A DNA stretch of 61,544 nt, counting the filler, from Bipalium vagum (Eukaryota), in the NCBI GenBank assembly GCA_037834085.1. It is 3 parts of 3 records of this genome, joined end to end, with 100 filler letters (N's around TTAATTAATTAA, not from the genome) between each part and the next. Parts side by side here need not be neighbours in the genome. Positions count along the whole stretch, not along the records: positions 43,780 to 61,544 come from JBBMKC010052622.1; 2 more parts are not named here. One strand, written 5' to 3'. Each line of letters begins with the position of its first letter. The first letter of the stretch is position 1. The position numbers and the translations under genes were made by a program. The notes beneath the pieces are model-generated. The model had not been told where the DNA came from. It saw only the letters and a list, made by a program, of their open reading frames with translations, and did no database searches. Of this stretch, positions 45,808 to 58,273 are shown one piece after another.

Positions 45808-47039
45808 TTTTTGTCAGTTTAACTGGTAATTGAAATTGATCTACAAAGGGTATAACTTTTCTTTTGTGTCAATATAGGGTTTTCGAGATTTATTAATTCT
45901 ACAATTTTCATATTCCCAGAATAGGACTTATTGAGAATTTCCGACTTAAGATTTTGAGTAATTAGTTCCCCTTGAAGCCCATGTCGGACTAACGAACAAC
46001 AGTTAGTTGTGAGGAAGTAATATTTCGTCAGAGTTAGACTTTGTATTAATAAATCCCCTAAAAACCCAACTTCTCTTTCAGTAATAAAACAATAAAGTTT
46101 AGTAAAAAATATCTAGAACTTGTTTACTGAGTATCATGTTTTATTTTTTCAGAGACTTCATTTGAATCCATGTCAAGCTTTGAAGATGCATGAATGCTCC
46201 AGTAGACCCGAGAAAGTACACGAATAGTTATCAGAAAAAGGTGACATTGTGCATTATTCCATTAGTAACTTATTTTTTAAAATTATTGAAAATTTTGTTT
46301 AAATTATCTCATTTCATGTCATCTAACTTCTATTTCGTTTAATTTGGCTAACTGTGTAATTGTGAATTAACTGATTGTTATTGGGAAGAGGGACATTCGA
46401 TATTTTGGAATCAAATACTAGAAGAGTTTGTCAGGCATATACAAATACATCGATATTCTATGTTGCAACCTGAGACATTACTGATTGGATAATCGATATT
46501 GTCTTGTTGGTTTATCAGATTAATACAGTTTAAGTCTTTTAAATTTGCTTATTGTGTTTCGAACTCAAATATTAGATTATAGAGTCAGTTAATAACGTTC
46601 CTGATTAATATTAAATATTAATAGCCGTATTAATGTTTTTTAAAATGATAATATTTTTTATAATTCTTTATAAATTTTAAAAACATCAAATATTACAAAA
46701 TGGAATTATAAGTGCATTTTAGGATCTTTTTTTTGGGCGACTTTATTTAATGTTTTAAAAACTTTTAATTTTCTTTTTTTCACAACAATTACATTTTTGG
46801 CTTTTTCTTATCCTATAATCAATTTTTATATAATTCTAACATTGTTTCAAGTGTCTGGGTAATCGTTAATTTAGAAAATTTGATCTAATCATTGGAAATT
46901 CTGCATTTGACATCATACGATCAAAGATTACTAATGTTACTATTTTCCCTAATCGAAATTTTATTTTATCTCGAACTTTATTAACTCCTCAATTCTTTAA
47001 TGTTTTGTTAGTCTTACTTATACAGCTACAAAAATCAAA

Positions 47040-47785
47040 ACTTGCATGAAACAAAATGATCACAATAAAATTTTATTACACTTATAACAGTATACAATAA
47101 CAAAAATCACAGAAATTACAATAAATGTTCGAAAATCAAATAAACAGTAAAGAATCAAATATCAATCAAATGTCTGAATGTAAATGGAACAAAATAATGA
47201 TTAATTCAAATTCAAATTCACAATAAAGAATCAAGTATCAATTAAATCAAAATGTTAAAAGGTCAATAAAATAATATTAATAAGATATTTAAATTAAAGT
47301 TACGGTTAAAACAAAAGAAAATAAAACAGTAAAATCTCTGTCATCCGTAGTGACAATGGGTTCCCTGGTCGTCTTTAGATCCTGATCGGTTCTTTATGGA
47401 TTTCCAAGGTCGATGGGCTCCATTTTAAAGTTCTTATGCATCTTGTTCATAAAATAAAATATTTACTCTGAAAAATAATTTGACAAAAAATCGATTCTAA
47501 CAAACTCCTTAAAATAGATTGTGAATCATCATCTTCTAAAATTGACCTGGATACTTCTCTTCTTTAAATTCAGTAATATACTTTTCCAAAACAAAACAAA
47601 TAATAATCTTCACCTTCTCAATAAGAAAATTCTTGCGCAATTCTACTTTTGGGCAACCGTCAAACTCTATATTTAGAAGGATATTCCAATTAATCAACTT
47701 TTATTACTTTTAATATCTAGACATCAAGATAAAACTGCCATTATTATAATAATAATCAATAAATCATTGTCCCGACGGCGGGACA
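47040..47785 (-). mobile_element. LTR-like family 2 copy
   Basis: Minus strand begins TGTCCCGCCGTCGGGAC. TATA-like at about 47670. Shares the stem module 47353-47441 with 55240-55331. Ends in a T-rich (TTGATT) tail with AATAAA. Left limit approximate. Confidence 0.55.
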
Positions 47786-48559
47786 TAATTCTTTTTTATT
47801 ATTATAATATTTATTATTATCTTGACAGCGAGATAATATTATAATAAATTACTATTAAGTTTTTCTTAAAAGTTAAGAAAAGTCTTTTGAAACCAAAAAT
47901 AGGAAAACCGAAAAGAATTGTGACTGAAATTGCAGACAAGACGATTTATCGAGACAATCAGGAAATGGATATACAGATATATTGGCTAAGGAGATTGATG
48001 GAAGAATCATTTATACCAAAAAGAAATTCTTTTTAAAGATTCCTTAGCCAATGCTTCAACTTCAGAATTTCAGATTTCTATCAACACCAAATTAGGACAA
48101 TTTTTCAATCAGGAAAAGGAGCTTTTTATGAAACCACGTTTGACTATGATATTTTTGACTTCAGTACATAATTTCTAAAATGGATTAAAATGGAAATCCG
48201 TGGTTAAATTCCGAATTACTTAGTAAGAGGAAAATAAATTGAATTGCAGCGCAACACCAAATGTACGAACAATAAGTAATTGAAAATGCTTGAAATAACG
48301 TCACCGTCTTCAATGGTTTGAGTTCTACTAATCTTTATGTTGAAAAGTCTTTGGGCAAGTATAATTATGATAGTTTTTAACACCCCATAAATAAAAATGG
48401 GACTTTTCTTTAATGTGTTATAAATGATATCAGATAAAGGTAAAAGATTTGAAGTCGTCCTGATATCTTTTTTTTATGAAAAACGTTAACATTTTGTTGA
48501 CCCAAAACCAGGCTATGTACTCCAGTCTACGGTGAATCTCCCACATCATATATTGTATT

Positions 48560-49511
48560 TATTTCAGGTCCATTTTTAAAACTATAATATATTCTTTAAG
48601 TTTTTGAGAATTTTGGGTATTCCAATTTTTATTTTATACTGTTCACTTCAAATCTACCTAACAATCTTGAATTGGTGGAGTTTCAGCTTTTTCCATAAAG
48701 TTCACGTTCTTATCTTTAAGTACTTCAGTACCTCTTTTGCTGAGTCATTGTCATTGTGCTTCTTGTTGGTGAATGAAATCAGCTTAATACATTCATGCAT
48801 TAATTATTGTCTGCTTTGCCGGAACAAAAAGTGGCCTGGAAATACCTAAACATGAAAAAATTATCCATACCAATATCTTTTCTTTATATGTTGACTTTAA
48901 ATGATGCTTAATATTATCCGGAGAGGTTTTCGTTTTATTTGAAGAAAAGTGTACTATTGGGCAATGTAAAATAGAATTCATCAGTTAAATAAAATTTTTG
49001 ACATTTAGGTCTCACTTGTTTAAGATGTAATGGTGATCGTTTCGGTACTATAGTTTTTTAAATACACAGTATAATACCATTTTTTGTTTGATTTCATCGC
49101 AATTTTTGTTGGAATAACATTTCATTTCGATCTTTTACTGTTATCACCCTTTTTAGCACAAGATATTTGCCGATGCACAGTTGATTCTTGTATGTTTTCA
49201 TCAAAGAAATTCTTGATAACAAAACATTTCCATAAATGTGTATTTGTATTATAAAAATTTACAAAACGATTTTTGAGAGTCATTTCTGAAAATGTATATA
49301 TATTTTTAAACAGGCTCACTTGGTTATTAATTTAGATTAATTTATTTAAACATGTACAAATTTATTTATTCAGTCTGTTTCCGATCATTTTGTTGGGTTT
49401 TCCAAAGGAACATCTCTGTTATAACTACAATAAGAAATTTCGGACCATCATTTTTAATTGACCATTTATGACCCCATCATTTTTTATTGATTCATTTTAA
49501 ATACTCTCCCT
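48560..49511 (-). mobile_element. Decayed Tc1-like element
   Basis: N-terminal ..ENIQESTVHR, KILVWIIFSCLGISRPLFVP, KNVNFMEKAETPP. Subterminal direct repeats CCATCATTTTT(A/T)ATTGA at about 49445 and 49474. Confidence 0.65.
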
Positions 49512-49820
49512 AAGTACTAAGCATTTTTCAAAAATTTGAACAACTAAGCTCGGTTTACCTAAAATGATTGGATGCGCTTGGTAATATTCTTTTACTTTAC
49601 AGCTTAGTTTTCAACTACTTTTATAAAGCAGTCTGCTTTATTTCCACTTATTTTAAAATACTGAATTGAAATAAACCTGTGACCCAATAGTAAATTACGT
49701 TTATTAATTCTGTTAATTATATTTAGGTACCTTCAAAAAAGGAATGTTTTCTTATGAACACCCAAAATTTATATTTAAAATTTTATAAATTATACTTCTT
49801 TTTGCCTGTTTTCTTCACCT

Positions 49821-50830
49821 TGTTGAGTTTACCAAGACACCCCCCGGGGGAAAAATAAGTAATAATAATAATATTAATAATTAAAATTAATTAATATTCG
49901 AAAGTAATTGAAAAATTTCCAAGAATTTTATTTTTGAAATACTTATAAAAATAAGATAACACTCGAAAATAATTTGTATTCTAGAAGGCTGAAAGAGGTA
50001 TTTTAATAAAGAATAAGGGTTATAATAAAATAATTTTCAGGGAATTCTGAGGGAGTTTTGGAATTTTGATAAAATTTTTAGAATTTCAAGTTTAATTTTG
50101 AGAATATTTGAAGAATTTTTCCCAGATGAAGATCAGTCCCAAATAGTATATAAGCAAAGGGATTTCAGTAGATTTTTGCCCCTCAGAGAAGGTGAATAGA
50201 AGTTGTTCGAGAAATTATTCGGAAAAGTTATTCGACGTATTGATTCGAGAAGAGTTATTCGAAGTATTTGTTCAAGCAAAAGTTATTTGACGTATTCATT
50301 CAAGAAGAATTATTTGAAGTATTCGTTCATCGAGCCGAAGAAGCGTTTTCAAGTATAGTCAAACTTTATTATTGGACTGTGCTTAAAATTCCCCACCAAA
50401 CGGTTATCGGTGAGCAACCGTTAGGGCTCAGACGATAACTTGGGAGTTTTAGCGTCAACTAAGTCGTAAGACGTTTCCTTTTTGTTTTTTTTCTTATCTT
50501 AAGTAAATCATAATTTTGCAAGTAATATTTGATTATAATCTTGATAACATTTCATTATTAGTATTGATTTAATATTGTATTTGAATTTGTTCCAATTAAC
50601 CTTTGATTGATTAAACAGTATTTTGACTATAATTGACCATTATCGTATTTGATTTGATTTACTCTTTGCCATTATATTTGTGTTTGGAGTTGATAGTGTA
50701 TCACATTTCAGACATTTATTGTGATCCCAGACTTGTGCATTATCTTTTTGAATTTCAGTGTATTGTATTTTATTTTGGTGTGGTATAAATACAAGTGTTG
50801 CTTTTCTGATTGCTTGGTTTTGCACCACCT
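49821..50830 (+). mobile_element. LTR-like element, possibly related to family 2
   Basis: Starts TGTTGAG. TATATAA at about 50147. Internal minisatellite. GGGCTCAGACGA..TTGGGAG resembles the minus strand of 55290-55310. T-rich tail. Right end uncertain. Confidence 0.45.
50226..50335 (+). repeat. 27/28-bp minisatellite, four units with a dimeric 55-bp period
   Basis: Units start at 50226, 50253, 50281 and 50308; consensus AGTTATT(C/T)GA(C/A)GTATT..TTC.AG. Confidence 0.85.
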
Positions 50831-50879
50831 AAGATTTTGGAGTCAGGTATAAATTTGATACCCTAAATATTGAACAATA

Positions 50880-51300
50880 CTAATTCTTGTCTCAACAAGG
50901 CTTTTTCTATAAACCGCCTCTTGTTGTGTAATAATTCACTTAAATCGATATCGTCATGCAGGAGTACTTTGGTCATCAATTCTTATAAATCGTCTCGATC
51001 TATAATGGTTCTCATAAAGTTGAGGCGAGTATGGTGGCAGAAATCTATAAGCAATAACTCGTTCTGTCAGCACTTAATTACATCTTTGCGGTGATAGAAC
51101 CTGCAATTGTCCATCACCAATACATCCCCAGGATTTCGATGGAAATGATTACATAGCTCTTCACTAATAAAGTCCATAAAACTGTCCCCATCGAGAGACC
51201 CGTCTTTGATTTCGAAGCATAAAATGTCTGTACATTTGATATAATAAATAAACAGATGACAAAACAATGAAACTTGTCATTTTAATAGCAACCATGCAGC
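50880..51300 (-). mobile_element. IS630/Tc1-type DDE transposase C-terminal remnant
   Basis: DGSLDGDSFMDFISEEL..DVLVMDNCRFYHRKDV is typical of the DDE_3 second-aspartate region. Confidence 0.7.
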
Positions 51301-51424
51301 TGATATTTTTGGCTAACTAAAATGCGATCAAGTTCAAATAGAAACAGTCGAATATTTTTTCTGTATATTTCTGAATAGAATTATAAATATTTTGAATATT
51401 TTTCCATATATTTCTGCATAAACC

Positions 51425-51800
51425 TGTGGAGACTACGACAACAACAATCAATAGAATCCTTTACCCAAGAGAAATCAATGGTTCCAGCTGCCAGTTCTAA
51501 TCAAAAAATTAACAATTACTATGTGTGATTTACATTTGTGACATCTTTTGTGACACCTTTCTCTATTATACTTTATACGTGATTCTTCTTTAACCTTATT
51601 GTATTGTGTAAACCAATATATATATTGTGTACATATTTTGGAATTTGTAAATCGATTTTGACTGATAAATAATAAAACAATAATTAAACAGTAATTAAAT
51701 ATTAAAATAATAAACGATAGATAATAAAAAAGTAAATAACATAGTAAATAAACCAAGTACAAATAGTAGTGTAATATGTAAAAAATTATTATTGAAACAG

Positions 51801-51852
<52 letters not shown>

Positions 51853-53352
51853 GTAAACAAATTATAATTATATTTAGATAAAATATTAAGGTAACAATTA
51901 CTTACTAAAAGTAAAAATTAGGAAAGAAATTTTATGGAAAAATGGTAAAAATAGACAAAAAAGATCAGCAGATTTTTATTAGGAAAAAAAGGTTACTATT
52001 TATAAAAAAGGTAAAAAAAGAGCGGTATAAAAGAAAATGAAAAAACTGAAAAACAACATAAATTCCACAATATCAATTCGATATAACTCCGAAATATCAA
52101 GACATCAATTAGATAATAATAATTCGACGTAATGCAACAACAGCAACAACAGGACAACAATAAAATAGAAAGCAGAAACGCTATATCCTACGAATACTCG
52201 CAGAATTTCTAACTAAAGTCTAAAAAACTCTCTCAGAAGGACAATGAAATTAAAACAAAATTTTATATTGACAACGATAGACCTCCTACGGAATTCCAGA
52301 TTCAATTGTATTTCCGCAATTAGACATTTAGTAGCAATTACAAGATAATTGACTACCACCCAAGTCGTAATTACATTCAGCAATTATCATCAGAGTGATC
52401 TACGAATATATATATAAAGGATCAGAAACTGACCAAAGAAGAAAGAGAAAAAGAGAGAAAACAAGAAAACAAGAGATAGACAATACTCAACGCGAAATTC
52501 CAGTACCAACAGAGTTAAGATCTACCCTCAGGATCGAATATTCAAAGCCTACTTGCAGAATTTTTATGCCCTTATTTATAAAAGTAAACCTTTAGTTGTT
52601 TTTGGCTTGTTACAATATTTGTAACAAAGTTTAAATAAATTATTTTGCTGTTTATCATTAATATTTGTTTTAAAGTTATAAAAGTAGTCGTGAAATAATT
52701 GATTAACATTATTGTAGTTTTATTTAAATACTCTCCTAGCTTATAACCGAAGGTCTATAAGACTAGTATCGATTTCAAAATTAATTGTTATATATTTTTA
52801 TATCTATATATATATATAATATAAACCTAGCTTATTTCCACAGGATTATAAGACTAGTTCGATTTAAAATAATTCTTATAATAATTTATTATTGTATTAT
52901 TTAACAGGAGTGTCTTGTTAGACAAGACATAGTTTGTATTAAGTAACTAAGTAAATACTCAGGCCAGGACCTGAGGATCTTTTTTTTTATTCTTGTCCCT
53001 TATATTTTTTATTTTTTACTGTTCATATTTCACACGCTAAGTAGGGCGGTGAGATATAATTTTATTCTTTATTGATGACCTCTGAGCCTAAGTGCGAGAG
53101 AATTTTTCGTAATTAACTATTATAATGAATAAACTTCTCTACTATCAGTCAAAGTCGATATCACACATTGTTACTCATTTGTTTAACTTTATTCGATTAA
53201 ATAAAAGTATTAAACCTGATATCGTTTCCTCAGTTGATTTAATTAACTACCATATCGAACACAACCAAAAGCAACCTTCAACCGTTAGGACCTAAGATAT
53301 TGCTAAGCTCCGATCTTAACTTCTTTTATCCACCCAACTTAGGATCTTAACA
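51425..53352. mobile_element. Long LTR-like element, family 1 copy B (1928 bp)
   Basis: TGTGGAGACTACGACAA...CTTAGGATCTTAACA; inverted homolog of 18716-20238. Contains (ATT)n at about 51803-51851. No matching target duplication. Confidence 0.78.
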
Positions 53353-54906
53353 TCTTTAATTCAAAGGGTTCTTAAATATTTAAGATTTACTTTAAATCAC
53401 AGAACGATAACAAAGTTTGATCATAGCAATACAGCAATGTTTTATCGTAAATTTGTAAAATTCGTTTTTTACGCAAATCTTTGTATTAATATAACTCAAA
53501 CACATTAAAAGCAACCTTCCAACGATAACCGTCACTTTGTTCAGAAATTAATTGATACATCTTTTATTTTTACGGATTTCAAATAAAATACCAAGCTCTT
53601 ATTTTTTCTTATAAAATAACATCTCACAGAAAACCAAGCTTGATTTAATAAATATTCATTTATACTTTCATATTTACATTGAAAATAATTTCAGACATTA
53701 AAGAAAAACATATTTTAAAATTAGAATTCACAAAATAAACAATTTAGAATCATTATAAAAAATTATAAATAAAAAACAATAAGACCTACCATATAATCTG
53801 TAGCTTTAACATTTCAGTTCTTTGTTCATCAGAAAATTTGTAATAGATTTTATTATTAGTGAATGTTAATATTTACAAAGACTTCAAATCATTTAAATAC
53901 TTAAAGCCGAAAATATAAATATGTTCGAATAAAAAATAATATGTTTGAACAAAAAAATATTTAAATAACATTAGTAAATTACTTTAACAATGAAAAGTTA
54001 TGATTAAATTAATATCTTACATAAGATATTAATATATAAATAAAAATTTTCTAAAATATAACAAATAAAAATCTAAAAAATATTATTAAATATTAAAATA
54101 TTTAATTTATTATAAAGTAATTATAAATTACTATTAATAAGAAAAAGGCTTAATTACTAAACATTTTTTAACTTTTTATTTTTTAAAATATCGATCCCTG
54201 AATTTTTGATTAAAAGGCGATATAAAAAATTTTGTTAAGGCAGAATTAAGTTATCTATATTTTCAAATCAGTTCAGTAATCAGAATTTTTTAAAATAGTC
54301 AATAGGCGTATACTGAAAAGAACTCCAAACTCGCGAGTTTAGACCTACTATCAACACTGAATGAGAGCTCCACAGCATGTACTTTGTATCCAATATAGAG
54401 CCACTATATATAGGTCATCGGTGTCGAGATATACACCTAGATGAAATTTAGAAAGGTACTCTTCATCTCTTTTCCGAGATTTATCATTTTCTGCGAAAAA
54501 TTCCACGGACGTCTAGAATCTCCTCCGTTCAAAATTAGTAAAAAGTTAAAAGTAAAGAAGTTTTTGCCAATAAATAACAGGTAAGAAATAGTTTAAATGA
54601 AAAAGCTACATTCATTTTCAAGGACCTATACCTTAACAAGAAAATACAATCAATATTAAAAAATTATTAAATATATTAAAAATCAATCTTCTACCCCATG
54701 TCTGGAACAATTTTAACTGTATAGATGCAAATTTGATTGCTGATGATCTTGACCGGGTGACTCTAAACTGACTTTTGGTTTATGTAGTGAAGCTCTTTAT
54801 AGAACTGAAAGTTGTTCTACTATAGTGTTACTATTATACCTTGAAAGTAAATTGCACTCGTATATCAACAACTCCTCACTTTAATATTTTGTGTTCGTAA
54901 TTCCAT

Positions 54907-55738
54907 TGTCGCTGCACAAAGTTAAACTCGATTTGAATCCAAACTCCCGCAATAATACTTTATCCGCACTCTAATTGAATAAAAAAATCACAAGAAAACT
55001 TTATTGAATAATGCAAAAACAATCGCTACACTCGTCTTAAAATCACGATCAAAATAGTCAAAGGTCTAAAATCAATAATTGAAATTGTCTCAAATTCAAA
55101 ACGTTCAGTTATCTGAAAATCCAAAAAAACAAACACAAATAATCCAAAATCACAAATTTAAGATGAGTAAAATTAAATGTTTGTTAATCATAAAAATAAA
55201 GAAAATAAGACAAAATTAAAGATTCTTTCACCAGGAGCTACAAGGGGTCCCTGGATCGTCCATTAGTTTTTTTCCACGTCACCTGGAGATTCCCAAACTC
55301 GCTGAGCCCCCTTGATAAAATTCTTTTGCATTGTCATCGTGCGTCAACAAAAATTACTGAATCTGAAATTGTCCTCGGTAACACAATCTGTTATGAATTA
55401 TTGGAGCCTTCTGCGAATCTTCTTCGTAAAATTAATTATACTTCTTCTGACGACAAAAACTTCTTACAAAAATATATCAAATGAATTTCTTGTCGACTAC
55501 TTAACCTTCTTCTGAGAACTTATATAAATATCTTTTTGTTTTTCAATGCGGCTTTCAGGGATTAGCCGTCTCTTTATATAGTCGTAGAGATTGGTCTACG
55601 ATCATCAATCCCAACGCTTGGAGACGGCTATTTTCCCTAATAGCCATTAATCAAACTTTATCTCCACGCTGAGATAGAGTCCGATTGAAACATGCAGTCA
55701 AATCGAAAACGACTGTCGGAAAATCCATTAGACTAATA
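54907..55738 (-). mobile_element. LTR-like family 2 copy, abutting the DD41D insertion
   Basis: Minus-strand TATATAAA at about 55571-55578 sits inside the 10-bp inverted repeat TAGCCGTCTC/GAGACGGCTA. Homology to 17690-17770 and 47353-47441. AATAAA at about 55000. Ends ..GCAGCGACA. Confidence 0.55.
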
Positions 55739-55740
55739 TA

Positions 55741-57000
55741 GGGTGGTGCATTTAAAACGTTCGAAAGTAAAACATCAAAACTCTGGTAAAAACCATAAAT
55801 ATTTTATTTTTATTTATTAAACATTGTCATTAAAATATGAAGATTTATGCAGTATTTAGCTATTTGAATATAATATTGGTAAGATGGCCTCCATTGAGAT
55901 TTATGCAAGTTCTACACCTTGCCAAAAATTTTTTATTGCCATTGTGAGCATTTCTTTTGGAATCTTGCGGATTGCATCTCTGATAGCATTTATTAAGTCT
56001 GTGATGTTTTGCAGGTTGGTTTGATAGACCTTGTCCTTGCATTAGCCCCACAAAAAGAAATCTGGAGCTGTCAAGTCTGGGGATCTGGGTGGTTATCTGA
56101 AATTGGCATTCCGCGAGAGGATGCGATCAGAGAAAATCGTCCTCAACTATCCCATGACGATCTTTTTGATGTGTAGTGTTGCTCCATCTTGTTGAAACCA
56201 TGTCGAACGAATAGACATACAACGCCGACGCAATTCTGGCGCAAAAAAACTGCTGTAACATCTCCAAATAACTCTTTCCAGTGACATTTGCACTTTTGCC
56301 TTGCATTTCGAAGAAATAAGGACCAATGACACACTTGGACGACACTGCACACCATACAGTTATTCGACCTGGGTGTAATTTCTTTTCGTGCATAATGCTT
56401 GAGTTTTTATCTGCCCAATAACGAAAATTTTGTTTATTCACATTTCCGTTAAGATCAAAATTTGCCTTATCAGACATGAACAAACGGTTTAACAGGACCC
56501 CATCCTCTTCCACCATACTGATCATCTATTTATAGATCTGGAGACCCAAACGGTAGTAAGTTTGCTCTAATTTACTTACTATTTGTATTTTGTATGGAAA
56601 TAAATGCAAATCATCATTTAAAATGTGTTGAACACTTCGTCTGCTTGTTTCAATTGCCGCGGTTACTGCAGCGATGTTGGCAGCAGTTCGTATGGAACAA
56701 GTTCTATTTCTTGGCATAACATAAACATTACCCTCACGTTCGAAATGATTAATCACACGCCTAATGGTTGTTGTACTCGGTGTCTTCCAATTATATTCCC
56801 GTCTGAGTGCTTGCCGGACCAAAATTGGAGAAAAGAATTCATAAAACAATTTAATTATTTTAATTTTGATTTCTCGATCTATAATTATAATGATTTAAAT
56901 TTCCACACTGAACTTATAAAAAATGAAACATTAAAACAAATATGTCTGCATTGGAAGATGTTATCAATCATTACTTTCGAACGTTTTAAATGCACCACCG
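55741..57000 (-). mobile_element. Full-length rosa (DD41D) element, 1260 bp, inactivated
   Basis: 30-bp TIRs, 29/30 identical (GGGTGGTGCATTTAAAACGTTCGAAAGTAA), flanked by TA. WFQQDGA to PPRSPDLTAPDFFLWG has exactly 41 codons between the second and third D. Internal stops and frameshifts. Confidence 0.95.
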
Positions 57001-58273
57001 TATTTATCAAAATCCCCACGGTCAGATTTTAATATATAGCTTTTGGAAAAAAAAATTTTAATTATTATTATTAAAATTATTATTATTAATTCTCATTATT
57101 ACTCTTATTAATATTATCATTATTAATTATTATTATTATTAATTCTAAAACCCAACTATAGTACGTCCATGGTTTAAGTACAGTTGGTTTGAGGACCAAT
57201 CATTAGACTTAGCATTCATCATAAAATCTTATATTTGTTGGGATCTACAGTAAAACTGGTTTTAAAAACCATACTGAACAACACAAGCCTCTAAGAAAAA
57301 GCTTTCAGAAATCTCCGATGACTTCAAGAACCATCTGGAGCTGATGGAGAGTGGGGACAGCACTCCGAAATTGATTATCGACATTTAAACCATTTTACAT
57401 TTAATTGATTTAATTTTGCAATTTGCCTGAAAAAGCCTTTTAAAGCCTACTGTCTTTCTTTTAATTATTCTTTAAAAAAAGGTATGTGTTGTGATATTTG
57501 ATATGTAAAAATATTTTTTAAAATAATTAAAAAAAAATATAATGTAATAAAATATAAAATGTGGGATTAAAATATTATTTTAAAATATAATCCACATGAT
57601 TAATTATTATTATATTTTATGAAATTAAAGCAACTTTCTATAAATAAAAGATGTGGGAGTAAAGTTACTAAATATAGAAATATTATAATATAAGAACTTA
57701 CTTAAAATTAAAACCAACTAAGCAAAATTCTATAATTAGGAAGCAAAACTTACCTAATTTAATGTAAGGAATTTGTATTAATTCCAAAAGTGTTTAACCA
57801 ATAGACTTAAATAAAATAATTAATTAATAAACGTTTATTTAGTGAAAGAAGTAAATTCTTCTCATCTCCCACATTTTTTATATTCTCTTATATTCTTTTT
57901 TATTGTTCTCTCGCTCATTCGATTCTGCTTCGATCTAGGTGACAGAATACGCATTTTTGTTAAAAGAACTACTGCGGCTATCATAAAGTCCAAAAGGTAT
58001 TTTATTAAATAAATAATTTTTGTATTTGTGAATATTGATTGTAACTTAGAGATCTAACCAGGCATTTTAATAAAAATATACCTTGTTTTGTTAATCGCTT
58101 TGCTTATTCATGATTCTTTTAATATTTACACTTCCTGAGACTAGATATAAACCCTTGTAGTTGTTTACACATAGACCGTAACACATTGAACAATATCCCA
58201 AAACCTTATCAAAGGGTAATTTAGTTTCTGATCATTTTTAGGGCTAAAACTGCTTCAATTTTTAACTTACTTA

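Noticed and set aside
28803-48849. Many 60-100 aa I/F/L/K/N/Y-rich ORFs from the ORF track (e.g. 28803, 32360, 42956, 43187, 48604)
   Set aside because: Low-complexity translations of AT-rich non-coding DNA, or antisense to TEs.
50226-50335. CRISPR-like array
   Set aside because: Units are adjacent with no unique spacers, no cas genes are present, and the context is eukaryotic.
49818-50900. 10-bp inverted repeat CCTTGTTGAG/CTCAACAAGG as element termini
   Set aside because: No target duplication, and the right arm falls within the tail of the neighbouring transposase remnant.
56040-56200. Stop codons at conserved Trp positions of transposases, suggesting a variant genetic code
   Set aside because: Intact genes use TGG for Trp and end in TGA or TAA; these stops are G>A decay in dead TEs.
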